A stretch of 64,000 nt of DNA from positions 1,488,001 to 1,552,000 of the forward strand of contig CATNEN010000005.1 of NCBI GenBank assembly GCA_950097015.1, read 5' to 3'. This document shows, piece by piece, positions 26,001-41,000 of this stretch. Under the pieces are notes generated by a model. It worked only from the letters and a program-made list of their open reading frames with translations. It made no database searches and was not told where the DNA came from. Within the stretch, counting starts at the first letter, position 1. Every line of letters starts with the position of its first letter. Source of the DNA: Macrostomum hystrix (lineage: Eukaryota; Animalia; Platyhelminthes). The translations under genes and the position numbers were made by a program.

Positions 26001-29000
26001 TCGACGGCCAGAGCTTCCATGGAGCGAATGTCGGATTCCAGACCCTGGCAACGATCGCTAACTTGACGCCGTTCAACGGCTCGCTTCTCCAGTTCTGCTA
26101 TGGAACGCCGAATCTCGCCGAGTCGCGTCTCCACGGTGGCTAGTTTGTCGGCTAATTTCGGCGCCTCGCTATTGCTCAGTTCGGCCAGGCGTTCAACAAC
26201 TGGGCGCATTAGGAGCAGCTCTTCGCAACGGGTGGCAGCCTCAGCGGCGGCAGCTTCGGCGTCGCGCAGACGACCCGGCAGTCGTTCGGCCTGGCGCTCC
26301 AGACGGTCGACATGGTCGCGCACCTCGGCGGGACAGGAGAATCGGCGATCGCAAAGGGCGCAGGCGGCTTCGGCAGCTGGCTTAGATCGGACCCTTGGCG
26401 GATGTTGGGGAAGATTGGGAGCATTTGGAACTGGGATTGTAAGGTGCTTTGATCCGATGATCTGACATCAGATATCCCAACCAATTTTAAATCCCCATGA
26501 TCTAAGATATGGCCAGATCCCAACCAATTTCAGATCCCAACCAATTTCAGATCACAACCAATTTCAGATCCCAACCAATTTCAGATCCCAATATTAGATT
26601 CTAGGCATCATAGATTGGTTGGAATATCTTACTTAGATTATGAGGATCCCAAGGGCTTGTAATATGATCTTAATGAAGGTGGTGGAGATAATCTTACTTT
26701 TCTAAATAGGCCCGATAGACGTGCAATTCGCCTTTCAGCTTGGCCTTCTCATCTTCGGCCCTGGCACGGCGCTCTTCGGCTTCAGCGACTGCCACAGCTG
26801 CCGACTGAGCGTCGCCGCCGCCGCAGGCCGCAATGAGCCGCTCCTCCAGCGAGCGCCTATCGGCGTCCAGCTTGCGCTTCTGGTCCCTCAGGTGAGCGAG
26901 TTCGGTTTCTACTCGGCCGCGATCGCAGCGTCGCTCGGACAGAGCCGACTCAGCCGACCGGGCCTCTCGCTCCGCCGATGACTGAAGGTCAAGAAAGCGT
27001 CGCTTCAGTTGGGTAGCGGCTGCGGCGGTGGCTGCGGCGGAGCTAGTCAGGGGCAGCATGCTCGACGATGGGGTGCCTAGTAGCTGCCATTGAAAGGGTT
27101 CGATGGATGGTTAGACTGGCTTTCTTACACCGAGATATCCCGTGTTGTGACGTCATCAGAATGTTAATAGTTGACGTCATTGTTGCTATTTTTAGACCGT
27201 ATGAGCGCTGGAGCGCCAAGTATGAATAGCTGACGTCAGTTGCTATTTTTAGAAACACTGCGGACCTATATTGTGACGTCATCATGTAAGAATAGCTGAC
27301 GTCAGTTGCTATTTTTAGAAACACTGCGGACCTATATTGTGACGTCATCATGTAAGAATAGCTGACGTCAGTTGCTATTTTTAGAACTCATAATTTTACA
27401 TTTTCAACGAAAACTTTATAATGTAAATTAAGTTTCAAAGCAAATCACCTAATGACAGTGGACCTGCAGTCAGCGAGAAGCCACTCCGCTAACTCCGGAG
27501 CACACACGCTACAGATAATGCACGAAGACATACACTCACACAGAAATGTACATCTGCCCTGAATTGTTAATTTTCAAGCAGTGTACACTCTCAATGTGCC
27601 TTGGATGTTGGCCCTGAAGGGCGTAAATTGCACGACAAGGCTTGATAGCCTTCTCTCTGTGGATGTGCTTGACATTCAGCCCCGATAGTCGAATCTATTT
27701 TAGCTTTCTCACCTCGGCCAGTTCGTCGCCGTGACGATTGCGCAATCGTTCCAACTGGCCCGTTTTGGCCTGCAGGTCTCGTCTAACTGCCGCAGTTTCA
27801 GCTTTAACAGCTGCGTCTCGCATGGCGACTTCTAGACGACCGTCTAGATTGTCCAATGCGGCTTGATGGGAGTCAATTTGGGCCTGAAATATTTCGCGGC
27901 AATTTTTAATTTTTCTTTGTTTTTTTTTTCAAATTGCATCGAAAGTTTTTTCTAATTTCTTGGAAAATTTGTTCAGGACAGTCTTTCTCGGGAGATGGTC
28001 TTACTTGGAAACTGAATATGAGACGGTTTTTCTTGTCTTAAAAACTGAATATAAGACAGACATTTAATACTGTACTTCTTGTCAGTTTTAGTTAGCGATT
28101 CTAAAAATTTATGGAGTAACAATAAATTTGACTAATAGGACTAAATACAATTCTCGGTATCGAGCAACGCTAAGTTTATAAATGGACAAACCTGAGCCTC
28201 GGACAGTCGCCGACGATCGCCTTCAACGTCCAGACCAGCCTCCGCGTCGGCCAGTTGAGCCTCAGCCTGAGCCAGTCTCGCTGCCAGACTCTCTAACTGG
28301 CTAGCCGAGCGTTGGGCGTCGGCAGTTTCGGCTCGCAGCCGTCTGGCTCGACTGGCTGCCTCGCTAGCCTGCTTATTGGCCGTGTCGATGCGCTGCAATG
28401 CCCGGCTGTGGTCATTGTTAGCCGCTGTCAGGTGGCGCTCAATCTCGGCTAGTTCAGATGCGGCCGCTTCGGCTAGACGACGACGCCGAGCGTCGAGACG
28501 TCGAGTTCGGGCGTCTAGGCGACGCAGGACGGCTTGGATTGAGCCTTGATTGGAAATATTATTGGAGTTCTATGCAAAGGGATAATATTTTAATACACAG
28601 GTTCCATTTAATAACAAAAACTGGACTTTCTGATTCACCAGAATTGGATTTCTAATGGTACACTAGAATGAGATTTCTAACGGTACACTAGAATGGGATT
28701 TCTGATGGTACACTAGAATGGGATTTCTGATGGTACACTAGAATGGGATTTCTAATGGTACACTAGAATGAGATTTCTAACGGTACACTAGAATGGGATT
28801 TCTGATGGTACACTAGAATAGGATTTCTAATGGTACACTAGAATGAGATTTCTAATGGTACACTAGAATGAGATTTCTAATGGTACACTAGAATGTGATT
28901 TCTGATGGTACACTAGAATGGGATTTCTGATGGTACACTAGAATGTGATTTCTGATGGTATGGTACACTAGAATGAGATATCCAATGGTACACTAGAATG

Positions 29001-32000
29001 GGATTTCTAATGGTACACTAGAATGGGATTTCTGATGGTACACTAGAATGAGATATCCAATGGTACACTAGAATGAGATATCCAATGGTACACTAGAATG
29101 GGATTTCTAATGGTACACTAGAATGAGATATCCAATGGAACACTAGAATGGGATTTCTAATGGTACACTAGAATGGGATTTCTAATGGTACACTAGAATG
29201 GGAGTTCAACAACCAGAAATTGGATTTCAATCCCTACAAAAGAGGGATTTTCATACGGGACTTATTTAGTAAAGGGTTTGTTGACCATGCATAAAAAATT
29301 GATTGGAAATATTATTGGAGTTCTATGCAAAGGGATAATATTTTAATACACAGGTTCCATTTAATAACAAAAACTGGACTTTCTGATTCACCAGAATTGG
29401 ATTTCTAATGGTACACTAGAATGAGATTTCTAACGGTACACTAGAATGGGATTTCTGATGGTACACTAGAATGGGATTTCTAATGGTACACTAGAATGGG
29501 ATTTCTAATGGTACACTAGAATGAGATTTCTAACGGTACACTAGAATGGGATTTCTGACGGTACACTAGAATGGGATTTCTAATGGTACACTAGAATGGG
29601 ATTTCTAATGGTACACTAGAATGGGATTTCTGATGGTACACTAGAATGTGATTTCTGATGGTACACTAGAATGAGATATCCAATGGTACACTAGAATGGG
29701 ATTTCTAATGGTACACTAGAATGGGATTTCTGATGGTACACTAGAATGAGATATCCAATGGTACACTAGAATGAGATATCCAATGGTACACTAGAATGGG
29801 ATTTCTAATGGTACACTAGAATGAGATATCCAATGGTACACTAGAATGGGATTTCTAATGGTACACTAGAATGGGATTTCTAATGGTACACTAGAATGAG
29901 ATATCCAATGGTACACTAGAATGGGATTTCTAATGGTACACTAGAATGAGATATCCAATGGTACACTAGAATGGGATTTCTAATGGTACACTAGAATGGG
30001 ATTTCTAATGGTACACTAGAATGAGATATCCAATGGTACACTAGAATGGGATTTCTAATGGTACACAAGAATGGGATTTCTGATGGTACACTAGAATGAG
30101 ATTTCTAATGGTACACTAGAATGAGATATCCAATGGTACACTAGAATGGGATTTCTAATGGTACACTAGAATGGGATTTCTAATGGTACACTAGAATGAG
30201 ATATCCAATGGTACACTAGAATGGGATTTCTAATGGTACACTAGAATGAGATATCCAATGGTACACTAGAATGGGATTTCTAATGGTACACTAGAATGAG
30301 ATATCCAATGGTACACTAGAATGGGATTTCTAATGGTACACTAGAATGGGATTTCTGATGGTACACTAGAATGAGATTTCTAATGGTACACTAGAATGGT
30401 ATTTCTGATGGTACACTAGAATGGAATTTCTAACGGTACACTAGAATGTGATTTCCAATGGTACACTAGAATGGGATTTCTAATGGTACACTAGAATGGG
30501 AGTTCAACAACCAGAAATTGGATTTCAATCCCTACAAAAGAGGGATTTTCATACGGGACTTATTTAGTAAAGGGTTTGTTGACCATGCATAAAAAATTAA
30601 CTAATTGATCCTAACCTGTATCATCCGTGGTAGATTCGACGCGCCCATCCAGAAGCTCGTCAGCATCTTCCTCATCTACACCAGTAGCTTCCTGTGCCAG
30701 CACAGCGTCCATCTGGTCAGCTAGGGCCTGGGCGTCTCGTCGAACCTTGGCTGCGCGATCCCTCTCCTGCTGCAGCCTGCCCAGCTCCACAGCCAGCGAT
30801 CTGGTTTGCGCTTCAGTCGCAGATTCAGCTTCACGAGCGGAATCTAAGTCACGCTTCAAGCTAACTAGTCTAGCTTCTAAATCGTTGTCAGCTTTGGCGG
30901 TACTGGCCAGGCGAGCATCCAGAGCCTGATCGTCGCCTTCGAATGGTGCGTCAATAGCGGAGCGCTGTTCGTCGATATCGCGAGACAAACTATTGCGTTG
31001 ATCGCGACCAGAATCGATTTGTGCCTGCGGATTTTTAATAGGTGTGAGGTCAGACATGGGGTCCGATCAGCTGACCCTACTAGGGATTCTGATCAGCTGA
31101 CTCTACTAGGGATTCTAAACAGCTGACTGCATGACTCTACTAGGGATTCTGATCAGCTGACTCTACTAGGGATTCTGATCAGCTGACTCTACTAGGGATT
31201 CTAATCAGCTGACTGCCTGACTCTACTAGGGATTCTAATCAGCTGACTGCCTGACTCTACTAGGGATTCTGATCATCTGACCATACTAGGGATTCTGATC
31301 AGCAGACTCTACTAGGGATTCTGATCAGCTAACTATACTAGGGATTCTGATCAGCTGACTCTACTAGGGATTCTGATCAGCTGACTTTACTAGGGATTCT
31401 GATCAGCTGACTTTACTAGGGATTCTGATCAGCTGACTTTACTAGGGATTCTGATCAGCTGACTCTACTAGGGATTCTGATCAGCTAACTATACTAGGGA
31501 TACTGATCAGCTGACTCTACTAGGGATCTGATCAGCTGACCCTACTAGGGATTCTGAATAGCTGACTCTACTAGGGATTCTGATCAGCTAACTATACTAG
31601 GGATTCTGATCAGCTGACTCTACTAGGGATTCTGAATAGCTAACTATACTAGGGAATCTGATCAGCTGACTATACTAGGGAATCTGATCAGCAAACTATA
31701 CTAGGGAATCTGATCAGCTAACTATACTAGGGAATCTGATCAGCTAACTATACTAGGGAATCTGAATAGCTAACTATACTAGGGAATCTGATCAGCTAAC
31801 TATACTAGGGAATCTGATCAGCTAACTATACTAGGGATTCTGATCAGCTAACTATACTAGGGATTCTGATCAGCTAACTATACTAGGGATTCTGATCAGC
31901 TGACTCTACTAGGGATTCTGATCAGCTAACTATACTAGGGAATCTGATCAGCTAACTATACTAGGGAATCTGATCAGCTAACTATACTAGGGAATCTGAA

Positions 32001-35000
32001 TAGCTAACTATACTAGGGAATCTGATCAGCTAACTATACTAGGGAATCTGATCAGCTAACTATACTAGGGATTCTGAATAGCTAACTATACTAGGGATTC
32101 TGATCAGCTAACTATACTAGGGATTCTGATCAGCTAACTATACTAGGGATTCTGATCAGCTAACTATACTAGGGATTCTGATCAGCTAACTATACTAGGG
32201 ATTCTGATCAGCTAACTATACTAGGGATTCTGATCAGCAGACTCTACTAGGGATTCTGATCAGCTAACTATACTAGGGATTCTGATCAGCTAACTATACT
32301 AGGGATTCTGATCAGCTAACTATACTAGGGATTCTGATCAGCTAACTATACTAGGGATTCTGATCAGCTAACTATACTAGGGATTCTGATCAGCTAACTA
32401 TACTAGGGATACTGATCAGCTGACTCTACTAGGGATCTGATCAGCTGACCCTACTAGGGATTCTGATCAGCAGACTCTACTAGGGATTCTGATCAGCTGA
32501 CTCTACTAGGGATTCTGATCAGCTAACTATACTAGGGAATCTGAATAGCTAACTATACTAGGGATTCTGATCAGCTGACTCTACTAGGGATTCTGATCAG
32601 CTAACTATACTAGGGATTCTGATCAGCTAACAATACTAGGGATTCTGATCAGCTGAACCTACTAGGGATTCTGATCAGCTAACTATACTAGGGATTCTGA
32701 TCAGCTAACTATACTAGGGATTCTGATCAGCTAACTATACTAGGGATTCTGATCAGCTAACAATACTAGGGATTCTGATCAGCTGAACCTACTAGGGATT
32801 CTGATCAGCTAACTATACTAGGGATTCTGATCAGCTGAACCTACTAGGGATTCTGATCAGCTAACTATACTAGGGATTCTGATCAGCTAACTATACTAGG
32901 GATTCTGATCAGCTAACTATACTAGGGATTCTGATCAGCTAACTATACTAGGGATTCTGATCAGCTAACTATACTAGGGATTCTGATCAGCTAACTATAC
33001 TAGGGATACTGATCAGCTAACTATACTAGGGATACTGATCAGCTGACTCTACTAGGGATCTGATCAGCTGACCCTACTAGGGATTCTGATCAGCAGACTC
33101 TACTAGGGATTCTGATCAGCTAACTATACTAGGGATTCTGATCAGCTAACTATACTAGGGATTCTGATCAGCTGACTCTACTAGGGATTCTGATCAGCTG
33201 ACTCTACTAGGGATTCTAATCAGCTGACTGCCTGACTCTACTAGGGATTCTAATCAGCTGACTGCCTGACTCTACTAGGGATTCTGATCAGCTAACTATA
33301 CTAGGGATTCTGATCAGCTGACTCTACTAGGGATTCTGATCAGCTGACTTTACTAGGGATTCTGATCAGCTGACTTTACTAGGGATTCTGATCAGCTGAC
33401 TCTACTAGGGATTCTGATCAGCTAACTATACTAGGGATACTGATCAGCTGACTCTACTAGGGATCTGATCAGCTGACCCTACTAGGGATTCTGAATAGCT
33501 GACTCTACTAGGGATTCTGATCAGCTAACTATACTAGGGATTCTGATCAGCTGACTCTACTAGGGATTCTGAATAGCTAACTATACTAGGGAATCTGATC
33601 AGCTGACTATACTAGGGAATCTGATCAGCAAACTATACTAGGGAATCTGATCAGCTAACTATACTAGGGAATCTGATCAGCTAACTATACTAGGGAATCT
33701 GAATAGCTAACTATACTAGGGAATCTGATCAGCTAACTATACTAGGGAATCTGAATAGCTAACTATACTAGGGAATCTGATCAGCTAACTATACTAGGGA
33801 ATCTGATCAGCTAACTATACTAGGGATTCTGATCAGCTAACTATACTAGGGATTCTGATCAGCTAACTATACTAGGGATTCTGATCAGCTGACTCTACTA
33901 GGGATTCTGATCAGCTAACTATACTAGGGAATCTGATCAGCTAACTATACTAGGGAATCTGAATAGCTAACTATACTAGGGAATCTGATCAGCTAACTAT
34001 ACTAGGGAATCTGATCAGCTAACTATACTAGGGATTCTGAATAGCTAACTATACTAGGGATTCTGATCAGCTAACTATACTAGGGATTCTGATCAGCTAA
34101 CTATACTAGGGATTCTGATCAGCTAACTATACTAGGGATTCTGATCAGCTAACTATACTAGGGATTCTGATCAGCTAACTATACTAGGGATTCTGATCAG
34201 CTAACTATACTAGGGATTCTGATCAGCTGACTCTACTAGGGATTCTGATCAGCTAACTATACTAGGGATTCTGATCAGCTGACTCTACTAGGGATTCTGA
34301 TTAGCTAACTATACTAGGGATTCTGATCAGCTAACTATACTAGGGATTCTGATCAGCTGACTCTACTAGGGATTCTGATCAGCTAACTATACTAGGGATT
34401 CTGATCAGCTGACTCTACTAGGGATTCTGAATAGCTGACTCTACTAGGGATTCTGATTAGCTAACTATACTAGGGATTCTGATCAGCTAACTATACTAGG
34501 GATTCTGATCAGCTAACTATACTAGGGATTCTGATCAGCTGACTCTACTAGGGATTCTGATTAGCTAACTATACTAGGGATTCTGATCAGCTAACTATAC
34601 TAGGGATACTGATCAGCTAACTATACTAGGGATTCTGATCAGCTAACTATACTAGGGAATCTGAATAGCTAACTATACTAGGGATTCTGATCAGCTAACT
34701 ATACTAGGGATTCTGATCAGCTAACTATACTAGGGATTCTGATCAGCTAACTATACTAGGGAATCTGAATAGCTAACTATACTAGGGATTCTGATCAGCT
34801 GACTCTACTAGGGATTCTGATCAGCTGACTATACTAGGGATTCTGATCAGCTAACTATACTAGGGATTCTGATCAGCTAACTATACTAGGGATTCTGATT
34901 AGCTAAATACTAGGGATTCTGATCAGCTGACTCTACTAGGGATTCTGAATAGCTAACTATACTAGGGATTCTGATCAGCTAACTATACTAGGGATTCTGA

Positions 35001-38000
35001 TCAGCTAACTATACTAGGGATTCTGATCAGCTAACTATACTAGGGATTCTGATCAGCTAACTATACTAGGGATTCTGATCAGCTAACTATACTAGGGATT
35101 CTGATCAGCTAACTATACTAGGGATTCTGATCAGCTAACTATACTAGGGATTCTGATCAGCTAACTATACTAGGGATTCTGATCAGCTAACTATACTAGG
35201 GATTCTGATCAGCTGACCCTACTAGGGATTCTGATCAGCTGACTCTACTAGGGATTCTGATTAGCTAACTATACTAGGGATTCTGATCAGCTAACTATAC
35301 TAGGGATACTGATCAGCTAACTATACTAGGGATTCTGATCAGCTAACTATACTAGGGATTCTGATCAGCTAACTATACTAGGGATTCTGATCAGCTAACT
35401 ATACTAGGGATTCTGATCAGCTAACTATACTAGGGATTCTGATCAGCTGACCCTACTAGGGATTCTGATCAGCTGACTCTACTAGGGATTCTGATCAGCT
35501 AACTATACTAGGGATTCTGATCAGCTGACCCTACTAGGGATTCTGATCAGCTGACTCTACTAGGGATTCTGATTAGCTAACTATACTAGGGATTCTGATC
35601 AGCTAACTATACTAGGGATACTGATCAGCTAACTATACTAGGGATTCTGATCAGCTAACTATACTAGGGATTCTGATCAGCTAACTATACTAGGGATTCT
35701 GATCAGCTAACTATACTAGGGATTCTGATCAGCTGACCCTACTAGGGATTCTGATCAGCTGACTCTACTAGGGATTCTGATTAGCTAACTATACTAGGGA
35801 TTCTGATCAGCTAACTATACTAGGGATTCTGATCAGCTAACTATACTAGGGATTCTGATCAGCTGACCCTACTAGGGATTCTGATCAGCTGACTCTACTA
35901 GGGATTCTGATCAGCTAACTATACTAGGGATTCTGATCAGCTGACTCTACTAGGGATCTGATCAGCTGACTCTACTAGGGATCTGATCAGCTAACTATAC
36001 TAGGGATTCTGATCAGCTGACCCTACTAGGGATTCTGATCAGCTGACTCTACTAGGGATTCTGATCAGCTAACTATACTAGGGATTCTGATCAGCTGACC
36101 CTACTAGGGATTCTGATCAGCTGACTCTACTAGGGATTCTGATTAGCTAACTATACTAGGGATTCTGATCAGCTAACTATACTAGGGATTCTGATCAGCT
36201 AACTATACTAGGGATTCTGATTAGCTGAACCTACTAGGGATCTGATCAGCTAACTATACTAGGGATTCTGATCAGCTAACTATACTAGGGATTCTGAATA
36301 GCTAACTATACTAGGGATTCTGATCAGCTGACTATACTAGGGATACTGATCAGCTGACTCTACTAGGGATTCTGATCAGCTAACTATACTAGGGATTCTG
36401 ATCAGCTAACTATACTAGGGATTCTGATCAGCTGACTCTACTAGGGATTCTGATCAGCTGACTCTACTAGGGATTCTGATCAGCTAACTATACTAGGGAT
36501 TCTGATCAGCTAACTATACTAGGGATTCTGATCAGCTAACTATACTAGGGATACTGATCAGCTAACTATACTAGGGATTCTGATCAGCTAACTATACTAG
36601 GGATTCTGATCAGCTGACCCTACTAGGGATTCTGATCAGCTGACTCTACTAGGGATTCTGATTAGCTAACTATACTAGGGATTCTGATCAGCTAACTATA
36701 CTAGGGATTCTGATCAGCTAACTATACTAGGGATTCTGATTAGCTGAACCTACTAGGGATCTGATCAGCTAACTATACTAGGGATTCTGATCAGCTAACT
36801 ATACTAGGGATTCTGAATAGCTAACTATACTAGGGATTCTGATCAGCTGACTATACTAGGGATACTGATCAGCTGACTCTACTAGGGATTCTGATCAGCT
36901 AACTATACTAGGGATTCTGATCAGCTAACTATACTAGGGATTCTGATCAGCTGACTCTACTAGGGATTCTGATCAGCTGACTCTACTAGGGATTCTGATC
37001 AGCTGACTCTACTAGGGATTCTGATCAGCTAACTATACTAGGGATTCTGATCAGCAGACTCTACTAGGGATTCTGATCAGCTGACTATACTAGGGATTCT
37101 GATCAGCTAACTATACTAGGGATTCTGATCAGCTAACTATACTAGGGATTCTGATCAGCTAACTATACTAGGGATTCTGATCAGCTAACTATACTAGGGA
37201 TTCTGATCAGCTAACTATACTAGGGATTCTGATCAGCTGACTCTACTAGGGATTCTGATCAGCTAACTATACTAGGGATTCTGATCAGCTGACCCTACTA
37301 GGGATTCTGATCAGCTAACTATACTAGGGATTCTGATCAGCTAACTATACTAGGGATTCTGATCAGCTAACTATACTAGGGATTCTGATCAGCTGACTAT
37401 ACTAGGGATTCTGATCAGCTAACTATACTAGGGATTCTGATCAGCTAACTATACTAGGGATTCTGATCAGCTGACTCTACTAGGGATTCTGATCAGCTAA
37501 CTATACTAGGGATTCTGATCAGCTGACCCTACTAGGGATTCTGATCAGCTAACTATACTAGGGATTCTGATCAGCTAACTATACTAGGGATTCTGATCAG
37601 CTAACTATACTAGGGATTCTGATCAGCTGACTATACTAGGGATTCTGATCAGCTAACTATACTAGGGATTCTGATCAGCTAACTATACTAGGGATTCTGA
37701 TCAGCTAACTATACTAGGGATTCTGATCAGCTAACTATACTAGGGATTCTGATCAGCTAACTATACTAGGGATTCTGATCAGCTAACTATACTAGGGATT
37801 CTGATCAGCTGACTATACTAGGGATTCTGATCAGCTAACTATACTAGGGATTCTGATCAGCTGACTCTACTAGGGATTCTAATCAGCTGACTGCCTGACT
37901 CTACTAGGGATTCTGATCATCTGACCATACTAGGGATTCTGATCAGCAGACTCTACTAGGGATTCTGATCAGCTGACTCTACTAGGGATTCTGATCAGCT

Positions 38001-41000
38001 AACTATACTAGGGATTCTGATCAGCTGACTCTACTAGGGATTCTGATCAGCTAACTATACTAGGGATTCTGATCAGCTAACTATACTAGGGATTCTGATC
38101 AGCTGACCCTACTAGGGATTCTGAATAGCTGACTATACTAGGGATTCTGATCAGCTGACCCTACTAGGGATTCTGATCAGCTAACTATACTAGGGATTCT
38201 GATCAGCTGACCCTACTAGGGATTCTGATCAGCTAACTATACTAGGGATTCTGATCAGCTGACCCTACTAGGGATTCTGATCAGCTAACTATACTAGGGA
38301 TTCTGATCAGCTGACTCTACTAGGGATACTGATCAGCTAACTATACTAGGGATTCTGATCAGCTAACTATACTAGGGATTCTGATCAGCTGACCCTACTA
38401 GGGATACTGATCAGCTAACTATACTAGGGATACTGATCAGCTAACTATACTAGGGATTCTGATCAGCTGACCCTACTAGGGATACTGATCAGCTAACTAT
38501 ACTAGGGATTCTGATCAGCTAACTATACTAGGGATTCTGATCAGCTAACTATACTAGGGATACTGATCAGCTGACTATACTAGGGATTCTGATCAGCTAA
38601 CTATACTAGGGATACTGATCAGCTAACTATACTAGGGATTCTGATCAGCTAACTATACTAGGGATACTGATCAGCTGACTATACTAGGGATTCTGATCAG
38701 CTAACTATACTAGGGATTCTGATCAGCTGACCCTACTAGGGATTCTGAACAGCTAACTATACTAGGGATTCTGATCAGCTAACTATACTAGGGATTCTGA
38801 TCAGCTGACTATACTAGGGATTCTGATCAGCTAACTATACTAGGGATTCTGATCAGCTGACTATACTAGGGATTCTGATCAGCTAACTATACTAGGGATT
38901 CTGATTAGCTAACTATACTAGGGATTCTGATCAGCTAACTATACTAGGGATACTGATCAGCTGACTCTACTAGGGATTCTGATCAGCTGAACCTACTAGG
39001 GATTCTGATCAGCTAACTATACTAGGGATTCTGATCAGCTAACTATACTAGGGATTCTGATCAGCTAACTATACTAGGGATCTGATCAGCTGACTATACT
39101 AGGGATTCTGATCAGCTGACTATACTAGGGATTCTGATCAGCTAACTATACTAGGGATACTGATCAGCTGACTATACTAGGGATTCTGATCAGCTAACTA
39201 TACTAGGGATACTGATCAGCTAACTATACTAGGGATTCTGATCAGCTAACTATACTAGGGATACTGATCAGCTAACTATACTAGGGATTCTGATCAGCTA
39301 ACTATACTAGGGATTCTGATCAGCTAACTATACTAGGGATCTGATCAGCTGACCCTACTAGGGATTCTGAATAGCTGACCCTACTAGGGATTCTGATCAG
39401 CTAACTATACTAGGGATTCTGATCAGCTGACTCTACTAGGGATTCTGAATAGCTGACCCTACTAGGGATTCTGAATAGCTGACTATACTAGGGATTCTGA
39501 TCAGCTGACTATACTAGGGATTCTGATCAGCTAACTATACTAGGGATTCTGATCAGCTAACTATACTAGGGATTCTGATCAGCTGAACCTACTAGGGATT
39601 CTGATCAGCTAACTATACTAGGGATTCTGATCAGCTGAACCTACTAGGGATTCTGATCAGCTAACTATACTAGGGATTCTGATCAGCTAACTATACTAGG
39701 GATACTGATCAGCTAACAATACTAGGGATTCTGATCAGCTAACTATACTAGGGATTCTGATCAGCTGAACCTACTAGGGATTCTGATCAGCTAACTATAC
39801 TAGGGATTCTGATCAGCTAACTATACTAGGGATTCTGATCAGCTGAACCTACTAGGGATTCTGATCAGCTAACTATACTAGGGATTCTGATCAGCTGAAC
39901 CTACTAGGGATTCTGATCAGCTAACTATACTAGGGATTCTGATCAGCTAACTATACTAGGGATTCTGATCAGCTAACTATACTAGGGATTCTGATCAGCT
40001 GAACCTACTAGGGATTCTGATCAGCTAACTATACTAGGGATTCTGATCAGCTAACTATACTAGGGATTCTGATCAGCTGAACCTACTAGGGATTCTGATC
40101 AGCTAACTATACTAGGGATTCTGATCAGCTAACTATACTAGGGATTCTGATCAGCTAACTATACTAGGGATTCTGATCAGCTAACTATACTAGGGATTCT
40201 GATCAGCTAACTATACTAGGGATTCTGATCAGCTAACTATACTAGGGATTCTGATCAGCTGACCCGCACCTGCAGACGATTGACTTTCTCCATTTGCTCC
40301 TCGTAGCGCGCCAAAGCTGCCTCCAGTGGCTCCAGTCGCTCTGTCAGCTTGCGCTTCTCCTCCTCATAAGTAGCCAATCTCAGCCGTTTCTCGGCCAAAT
40401 CACGCGACTTAGATTCCGCTTCGTCTTTAACCTGGCGCAGGTGAGACAGTTCGGCATCTGCCGATTTTACCTGCTGATCGAATTCCTTTTTTAGATTGCG
40501 CACTTCCTCTAGGGCTTTCACGTATCTGGGCACAATGGGATAAATGAATGTAAGCGTTATGTATACGTTCTATGCTTTATTTCGTGTCTATCTCTACGTC
40601 GTAAATCTAGTTTAGGTCAGTCTTGACCTCCTGAACTTTTATTTAGGTCAGACTTAATGATTACAATAATTACCTGGGCTGCAGACAATGGCACATCATT
40701 TCGTGACACTGGACCCGCAGCCAGCGAGGAGGCAATTCTGCCCATTTCGCTGACTCCTGAGCACACACGCACACAGATACCGTACGCAGGCATACGCTCA
40801 CACAGGTGTGTACATCTGCCCTGACTTTCTCATCGTCAGGCAGTGTACACTCTCACTGTGCCTTGGAGGTTGGCCCTCAATGGCGTAAATTGCACGACAA
40901 GCCCCCAAGCCTTCTCTCCGCGGCTGCGCCCCGAATTAATGTGGCCTCGCCGCGGAATCGAGCTCAGTGACCTTGATGCGAGAGGCAAACGCGTTAGACC

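Noticed and set aside
27060-27090. Possible frameshift at the start of RAD50 exon 7
   Set aside because: On re-reading, the acceptor at 27083 gives [11 protein letters not shown] in frame, and all 11 exons sum to a multiple of three.
40808-40850. CTGACGA...GAAA on the - strand of SINE family A, resembling a hammerhead ribozyme core
   Set aside because: There is no helix II or III and no UH cleavage triplet. The segment folds better as one hairpin (CTGAC/GTCAG extended by GTGTACA/TGTACAC).
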